A DNA stretch of 64,000 nucleotides. It comes from Pachysolen tannophilus NRRL Y-2460 (Eukaryota). The DNA lies in contig KV454014.1 in NCBI GenBank assembly GCA_001661245.1, positions 1,084,892-1,148,891 of the forward strand, written 5' to 3'. Numbering within the stretch: position 1 is the first letter of the stretch; the number at the start of each line of letters is the position of its first letter. Both the position numbers and the translations under genes were made by a program. The notes under the pieces were generated by a model, which saw nothing but the letters and a program-made list of their open reading frames with translations, made no database searches and had not been told where the DNA came from. This document shows, in pieces, positions 56,113 through 64,000 of the stretch.

Positions 56113-58017
56113 ATGGATTCGAATATAGATGATACAGCTATTCCTCCAAGCGGGTACTTGGTTGGTAAGCCATTATTATATTTTACTTCAGTTTTTGTTA
56201 GTCTAGGAGTTTTCCTTTTTGGTTATGATCAAGGTGTAATGTCAGGTATTATTACAGGTCCTTATTTTAAATATTATTTTAATGATCCTTCAAGTACAAC
56301 TATAGGTACTATGGTTGCAATATTAGAAATTGGTGCTCTTATATCTTCATTATTAGTTGGTAGAATGGGAGATATTATTGGTCGTAGGCGTACTATTAGG
56401 TATGGTGCATTTATATTTGTTGTTGGTGGAAGTATACAAACATTTGCTACAGATATGCATCATTTAATCTTGGGAAGAATTGTTAGTGGTGTTGCTGTTG
56501 GTTTATTAAGTGCTACAGTTCCTGTTTATCAATCTGAAATTAGTCAACCTCATAATAGAGGTCAATTATCTTGTGTTCAATTTACAGGTAATATTTTTGG
56601 TTATGCAACTTCTGTTTGGACAGATTATGGATGTTCATTTTTTGAAAGTAATCTTTCATGGAGATTCCCATTATTTGTACAATGTGTTATTGGTCTCTTG
56701 TTATTTTTAGGTACATTTGTCATTGTTGAAACTCCAAGATGGTTATTAAATAATGATCATGATGCTGAAGGTATTGTTGTATTAGCTGATTTATATTCAA
56801 ATGGTGATGTTCATGATATAAGAGCAAGAAATGAATTTAGAAATATTAAAGAAGATGTATTGATGTCAAGATTGGAAGATACTGGTACATCTTATTCTTA
56901 TATGTGGAAACGTTATAAGACAAGAATTTTAATTGCAATGTCTTCACAAATGTTTGCACAGTTTAATGGTATTAACGTTATCTCTTATTATGCTCCTCTA
57001 GTGTTTGAACAAGCAGGTTGGTTTGGTAGAGATGCAATTTTGATGACTGGAATAAATTCAATTATTTATTTCCTGAGTTCTATCCCACCATGGTATTTAG
57101 TTGATAGATGGGGTAGAAAACCTATCTTAATAATTGGGGGTATTATTATGGCAATCTCTTTATTCTCAATATCATTTGTCTTGTTCATAAATGTACCGAA
57201 AACACCTGTTTATGTTGTTATTCTTGTTATTATCTATAATGCATTATTTGGATTTTCTTGGGGTCCAATCCCTTGGTTATTACCCCCTGAAATATTACCA
57301 CTTTCAATAAGATCTAAAGGTGCATCGTTATCAACTGCTACAAACTGGTTTTGTAATTTCCTAGTTGGTGAATTGACCCCTGTTTTACAAGAAACAATAA
57401 AATGGCGTTTATATCTTATTCATGGAACTTCTTGTGTATTGTCATTCTTGGTGGTACATTACATTTATCCAGAAACAAAAGGTTTAACTTTAGAAGATAT
57501 GGATAGTGTATTTGATGATAGGTCTTCTACATTCAGTTTCCAAAGTTCAAATTCTGTCACTGGCTTGAATCAACAACAACAACAACAACATCCAGGAGCA
57601 GGTACTGGAGGTTTTGGTACGAATTACGGTTCAATCACAAATGAAGATGGATTACCAGTTCAGTATCAATCTCCAGCAGTCTTGGCAAGACATCCAATTG
57701 TTGCTGCTCAACAACTGCAAAATTTGAAATCATCAACACCTTCATTACGTTCTACTTCAAATTATATGAACAATGTATCACCTCTAATTCAACCGCATGA
57801 ATTAGAGCCACCTAACATTGAAGAAATTAGAGCTTATAAGTTAAGTGATAATAACAGTATAAAAGGTAACATTAGGAGAAGTAGTGAAAACATTGGGTCT
57901 ATGTTTCATAAAGTATTCAATAATAATAGTCTTAAAAGATCAGACTCGACTAGTGAATTTACAAATGATTCAGAAGATGAAGAAGCAAATTTAACTAGCA
58001 ATAGCGGTCGTCATTAG
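56113..58017 (+). CDS. MFS sugar porter, YDL199C-like
   Basis: LFGYDQG, GRR, VPVYQSE, ETPRWL, QFNGINVISYYAP, VDRWGRKP, SWGPIPW, PETKG; long hydrophilic C-tail; next to TRM8 and MRPL11. Confidence 0.9.
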   Translation: MDSNIDDTAIPPSGYLVGKPLLYFTSVFVSLGVFLFGYDQGVMSGIITGPYFKYYFNDPSSTTIGTMVAILEIGALISSLLVGRMGDIIGRRRTIRYGAFIFVVGGSIQTFATDMHHLILGRIVSGVAVGLLSATVPVYQSEISQPHNRGQLSCVQFTGNIFGYATSVWTDYGCSFFESNLSWRFPLFVQCVIGLLLFLGTFVIVETPRWLLNNDHDAEGIVVLADLYSNGDVHDIRARNEFRNIKEDVLMSRLEDTGTSYSYMWKRYKTRILIAMSSQMFAQFNGINVISYYAPLVFEQAGWFGRDAILMTGINSIIYFLSSIPPWYLVDRWGRKPILIIGGIIMAISLFSISFVLFINVPKTPVYVVILVIIYNALFGFSWGPIPWLLPPEILPLSIRSKGASLSTATNWFCNFLVGELTPVLQETIKWRLYLIHGTSCVLSFLVVHYIYPETKGLTLEDMDSVFDDRSSTFSFQSSNSVTGLNQQQQQQHPGAGTGGFGTNYGSITNEDGLPVQYQSPAVLARHPIVAAQQLQNLKSSTPSLRSTSNYMNNVSPLIQPHELEPPNIEEIRAYKLSDNNSIKGNIRRSSENIGSMFHKVFNNNSLKRSDSTSEFTNDSEDEEANLTSNSGRH

Positions 58018-58113
58018 TCAAATTTAAATTATATTTTAGAGATTTATATATGTAAATATTGGTATCTATTTTTTTTTTTTTTTTTGTTTTTGAGTTTTTG
58101 AGTTTTTGCGTTT

Positions 58114-59175
<1,062 letters not shown>

Positions 59176-59296
59176 TCAGCAATTAAATGCACTACCAAAA
59201 GAAATTAAATGAACAAAATTTTTTTTATTAAGAAACGACAACGACAACGACAACTATGAAGGTGAAGGTGACGACTATATACAAGAACTTTATTTA

Positions 59297-60067
59297 TCAG
59301 TTTGATTCTTTTTCTTTTTCTTTTTCTTTTTCTTCTAGCAGGTGCTTATGAGAGTCTAGTGACAAGTACAACATACTTGAATTTGTTTGCAAAGTTTTTA
59401 CTATTCCGTAACCACTTAACATGGTTAATATACCTGTTAATTGTGCTTGTAATTGTTCCTTTGTTGGTAATTCTTTAAATTGATCCACTTCAGAAATATC
59501 AAATACTTTTTGTTCTACTTTTGCTCCAACCAAAAACAATTTTTCATTTGCAGATTTAATAACTTTTAAAACTTGTTTAACAACTTGTGGATTACATTGT
59601 TTTATTGTTACCAATGCAGTTGGTCCTCTAAGTAAAGATGATAATTGATGTCTTGTCTTATTTTTTTTAATAAACAGTTGTGCTTCTTTTGAAGCTGGAT
59701 CTTCCACATTTGACTCTGAAGCAGATAAATAAACATTAAATAAACTATTTCTAATAATAGTTAATTTCCCACCAGCTTCATCTATAACTGAACGTAATCT
59801 TGTAATATCTTGTTTAACCAAATTATTCCTATGTAAAAACAAAACTATCTCATTGTTTTCATACAAGTTCTTATAATAATCAATTAAAAAAGTCTTTCTA
59901 GAATTTTCAGGTTTAACTGTATTACGTGAAACTGTCTCTAATGTTGATGCAAAACGAATACAACTAATACAAGGAAAATTTAACAATTTCCCATTCCCTA
60001 AAACAAAATTTTTCGTAATTGTAAATCTCGGTAAAACAGAACCGCTCAAATGAAAAATACCCCTCAT
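59297..60067 (-). CDS. MRPL11: Mitochondrial ribosomal protein uL10m
   Basis: Basic presequence, SRKTFLIDYYK, LLRGPTA, LPTKEQLQAQL, LYLSLDSH; next to TRM8. Confidence 0.85.
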   Translation of the reverse strand: MRGIFHLSGSVLPRFTITKNFVLGNGKLLNFPCISCIRFASTLETVSRNTVKPENSRKTFLIDYYKNLYENNEIVLFLHRNNLVKQDITRLRSVIDEAGGKLTIIRNSLFNVYLSASESNVEDPASKEAQLFIKKNKTRHQLSSLLRGPTALVTIKQCNPQVVKQVLKVIKSANEKLFLVGAKVEQKVFDISEVDQFKELPTKEQLQAQLTGILTMLSGYGIVKTLQTNSSMLYLSLDSHKHLLEEKEKEKEKESN

Positions 60068-60278
60068 ATCAACTCGTTCTATAACTATTATTTTCTCTTT
60101 CTCTTTATATATAATAGAAATATAGAATTATATATTTCTTAACAAATTTGTCCAAACCTTTTTTTTTTTGGACATTTTTTTTTCTTTTAAAAGAAAAAAC
60201 TAGTCGTGTGCGCGCTAACCAAAAAAAAACAAAAAAAAACAAAAACAAAACAAAAAAAATTGCGTTGCCTTTTTAAAC

Positions 60279-60311
<33 letters not shown>

Positions 60312-60579
60312 CAAATTATAGAGTAAAATAATAAATTATTAATAGCGCTATTGGTTTTTGAGATTGTGTATCAATTCCTTTAGATGTATCAATAGGGTTA
60401 AAATTTTTTTTTAAATTGTGGTTGTGTGAGTGAGTGAGTTTTTTTTTTCTTTTTTTTTTTGTTGTTGTTTTTTGGTTTTTTTGGTTTTGTTAATAAAAAA
60501 AAAGATTTTTTTTTTGTTCTTTTCTTGTATTTTTTACATTGTATTTTGAATTTTGTTTTTGGGTGGTTAGTGATAAGTT

Positions 60580-62418
60580 ATGCCGTCGAATAATAATACC
60601 GATAATATAAATAATAATAATAATAACAATAGCAATATTCCTCCACATTTGTCTGAATTTTATTCATTTTTCGGCAATGAAGCTAGTGGTGGTCTGGTTA
60701 GGAATGTTGGGAATATTGGGAATATTGGGAATGATGGAGGAAAAGGTGGACATACGGCCGAACAATTATCTCAAATTGAGCAACCGCAAGAGATATTTGA
60801 AGAATTAACTCCTCCAGGAGAAATTAAAAATGGATATTTTTATTCTTCACCAAAATCGAAAAAATATAGTAGAAGACCTTCAATGTCAACAATGAATTCT
60901 AAAATTTCTATGAATTCAATTTCACCTTCAACACTTGATTTACAAACTTTAATTACTTCTAATGATATACAAACAAATATTGAAAATTTTAATAAATTAG
61001 TGGAAACTGCAAAAAATTATAGAAATGCTTTATGTTTAATTTCAGATGCAGCAAGTGAATTTGGTTCTGCATTAGAAGAAGTTGCAAAGACAAAAGGTTC
61101 TCATAATTCTGGTGAAGGTTTAATGAATGCTGCTGGTTTACAATTTTTAATTGCTAATCATGATCAAATATTATCTAAATCAATAAAGCAAAATTTTGAA
61201 ATACCAATAAGAGAAAAAATAAATGATTTTAAAAAAGATGCAATTTTAAATGATTTAAAATTTAAACAATTAATTAGAGAAAAATTAATTAATTTGAAAA
61301 AAAGAGAAAAAGAAATTAATAAATTTTCAAAATTAAAAACTAAAAATTTAATGACTTATAAAACAAATTTATTATCTTTAACTTCACAATTAGATGAAAT
61401 TGATAAATTAAAACATGATTTTTATCTTTCATCTTTTGAATTAGTACAAGATTTTAGTCAAGAAATTTTAAATCATTCAGGACTTGTTGTTAGATCTCAA
61501 TTGGAAATATCTGAAGCAATTGCTAAAAAAGGTTGGTCAGGTGGTGGATTGGAAAACTTGATTGCAAATTATGGTGATCCTTTTAGTGGATTATTAGATG
61601 ATCATGAAGAATCAATGGGGATGTTATTAAACCATAAAAAAAATGGAAATTCTAATTCAAATTCAAATTCTACTTTACTTAAAGAAAGTCATAATTATTC
61701 CAATTCAACCTCATTACCTATATTACAACCACCACAGCTGCATTTACAAATATCAACGCCTAAAAATAACTCATTACTAGTCTTGAATGAACATAGTCCT
61801 TTAGCTGATAATAACAACATTACTGATGATACATTATTAATTTCAAAACCAGTGATAAATAAAACACAAGATTACCAACAATTTGAATCTGATTCAAAAG
61901 TAGTGAAAGATGAGCAAGACAATCATAATGGTAAAAAGTTACAATCAAATTCAAATTTAAATTTAAATATGGATGTCGGTGATATGGAATCTACAAATAA
62001 TTCTCAAATAAATGGGAACAAAAGTAATAGTTTTGTTTCTTACAAGTCAACTCCGCCACTTCGAAGTGGTGATGCCGACAATATAGGTAACATTTCCAGT
62101 GATGAACATATTCGACAGGAAGAGAAACAAGACGGGGAGAATAAGAATAAAAATAAGAATGAGGATGAGGATGAGGATGAGGACAAGGATGAAGACAAGG
62201 ACAAGGACAAGGATGAGGATGAGGATGAGGATGAGGATGAGGACGAGGACGAGGGAGGTTCAAAGGAAGAGGACGAATCATTTTCATTACCCATTCCAAC
62301 GAGTGCTAATTTAGATCAAGATTCTTACCATAGTAGCGTGAAAAAAAAAGAAATCAAAAACAGGACGAGGAGGATCAAGAAGATAACCAGAATAATCAAA
62401 ATAATTTTGAAGGGATAA
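60580..62418 (+). CDS. IVY1: Ivy1-like phospholipid-binding I-BAR protein (true end may be 62498)
   Basis: LITSNDI...AASEFGSALE...GLQFLIANH helical bundle, IAKKGWSGGGLE motif. Confidence 0.8.
   Translation: MPSNNNTDNINNNNNNNSNIPPHLSEFYSFFGNEASGGLVRNVGNIGNIGNDGGKGGHTAEQLSQIEQPQEIFEELTPPGEIKNGYFYSSPKSKKYSRRPSMSTMNSKISMNSISPSTLDLQTLITSNDIQTNIENFNKLVETAKNYRNALCLISDAASEFGSALEEVAKTKGSHNSGEGLMNAAGLQFLIANHDQILSKSIKQNFEIPIREKINDFKKDAILNDLKFKQLIREKLINLKKREKEINKFSKLKTKNLMTYKTNLLSLTSQLDEIDKLKHDFYLSSFELVQDFSQEILNHSGLVVRSQLEISEAIAKKGWSGGGLENLIANYGDPFSGLLDDHEESMGMLLNHKKNGNSNSNSNSTLLKESHNYSNSTSLPILQPPQLHLQISTPKNNSLLVLNEHSPLADNNNITDDTLLISKPVINKTQDYQQFESDSKVVKDEQDNHNGKKLQSNSNLNLNMDVGDMESTNNSQINGNKSNSFVSYKSTPPLRSGDADNIGNISSDEHIRQEEKQDGENKNKNKNEDEDEDEDKDEDKDKDKDEDEDEDEDEDEDEGGSKEEDESFSLPIPTSANLDQDSYHSSVKKKEIKNRTRRIKKITRIIKIILKG
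62161..62253 (+). repeat. (GAGGAT)/(GACAAG) hexamer repeat encoding an (ED)n/(DK)n tract
   Basis: Tandem hexamers inside IVY1. Confidence 0.85.
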
Positions 62419-64000
62419 ATGTTCTTGGTAGGGATAACGATAATAGTAATAATAATAATGATAAGAATAATAATAATAATAATAATGAAATATGGTAGTA
62501 AGATGATTTAATTTAATTTTTTTTTTTTTTCTTTCTTTTTGAATTGTACACGTTATGTATATTATAGTACCTTTATATTAGTCCCGCCTCTTTTTTTATT
62601 TTTTCAGTCTTTTTTGATGCTTCGGGCTTTGGGCCGTCAAGTTTATGCGATTGTTGGTTCCTAAATTATTTATGATCCTCAGTATTTAACTTATATTATA
62701 TGTAAATTCCTGTTTCATAGTATAACGGTTTTAGTTCGACCTGGTGTGAGGAAGTAAATTACAGATCAGGATCTACTGATTTATTATTAATCTAAAAAGA
62801 ATTAATTTTTTTTTTATTTTTTTTTTGTTACAAAAACAACCTAAAATTAAAACTTTTGAGTGATTCTATTTCTAGGCTATCGTATAATTGAACGATCTAC
62901 AACTATTCTTTCAGATAATGCTTAAACTAGTTTCATGATATATCATTTAATTCGAGATGATCAGTTGAATCATTTTTATATGGGAAGCGACACTAAAATC
63001 TCCAGACTAGTTGAAAAACACTTATCATCTGAGGGAAAACAAAAAAAAAAAAAACACTGCTTTAATCTTGGGTTTTTATTATATACCTAATATATTTTTG
63101 CCAAAAAAAAAAAAAAAAAAATAAAACTACTTGAGTCTGGGATAGATCTAAATCTAATGGGGTATTCCTTTTGGACACCATGTAATTTACTAACTTCAGC
63201 TAGTTTGTATTATGTTTCTAATAAGTGTCAGCAATTAAGCGCATTCTGAAATGTGAATCAAAACCGTTGATCTGTTCCGAAATTCCGAAAACGAAAAGTC
63301 TTCTTTAAAACTATAATTTGCAGGCGTTTCCCTCATAATAAGATCCATGTAGGCGCCTAGATGTGCACGAACCCCTTTTAGTCACTGAAACGAAAACATG
63401 TCAAGTAATGACCTGTTGGCTATGACTTATAAGCTATAGTTCATATAAAGAGTTTTCCATCACAAATCAGTTCAAAATATTTTTTATTTTTATTTTAATA
63501 ATTTCGTGAAGTAAATGCAACTAATAACAGATGTAGTTTTTAATTTTTTTTTTTTTCACTTTCCTTTCAAATCGGTTTCAACCTTTAACTTTTTCTTTTC
63601 TTTTTTCAGATCAATGTTGAGACACTAGTCGATTTTTGTTTCACACCTTTGAATCTTGATTCCTATGCAAGCACTTAGCATGAAAAAAATTAAATTTAAA
63701 AAAATAAGATGAAAAAAAAAAAAAAAAAAAAGAAAATTGTTTACATCTTAGTCCTGCAGATCGACCTAGTGAATTGACAGTGGTCACTAGCATTAATATA
63801 TTACACTACAGTAGTAATTTTTAGTTCTATACTGTGCGGAAAATACCAACTTTGCCTCGATCAGCAGCCTTGGATGTGCCGACGGCAGGCGTAAATATTC
63901 GACGTGCATATATTAGGCAGGCGGTCTTAATAGAAGATTTTCCCTAAAAGTACCAAGTTTATTTGCCATCATGACTTGAACATGAACATAAAAAAAAAAA

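Noticed and set aside
56113..58017. Sugar porter as an Stl1-type glycerol symporter belonging to the glycerol cluster
   Set aside because: It lies 12 kb from the channel gene in the conserved YDL199C-TRM8-MRPL11 block; substrate cannot be inferred from sequence.
62710..62780. A-box-like TAGTATAACGG followed by GTTCGAC and a small hairpin
   Set aside because: Boxes are too close together and no cloverleaf or known ncRNA motif can be built.

Overview
AT-rich, gene-dense chromosomal DNA from a budding yeast (Saccharomycotina), with about 29 protein-coding genes, one intron-containing tRNA-Lys(CUU) gene and one 425-nt assembly gap. I see no transposon, rRNA or CRISPR. Recognisable genes: ERB1, phosphoglucomutase, aspartate aminotransferase, PAN6, PRP16, GYP1, MTD1, TRZ1, two tandem old yellow enzymes, CPS1, GUT1, an aquaglyceroporin, GLN1, a 2OG-Fe(II) dioxygenase, a SulP/STAS transporter, TAF3, RET3, a sugar porter, TRM8, MRPL11 and IVY1. 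In-frame CTG codons repeatedly fall at alanine positions, so the organism very probably uses the CUG=Ala code (table 26; Pachysolen tannophilus is my best guess) and the ORF track mistranslates them. The most novel-looking signal is a cluster of three paralogous small single-pass membrane protein genes at 28.5-34.4 kb. Two share an intron at the same codon and phase that the ORF track misses, and the three flank a universal-stress-domain gene. Other leads: a divergent GUT1/aquaglyceroporin pair, an OYE copy with a rewritten active site, a non-AUG mitochondrial-type extension of TRZ1, a tRNA-shaped element in an OYE 3' flank, and a probable frameshift at the end of IVY1. All orthology calls come from motif recognition and remembered sequences, not database searches.
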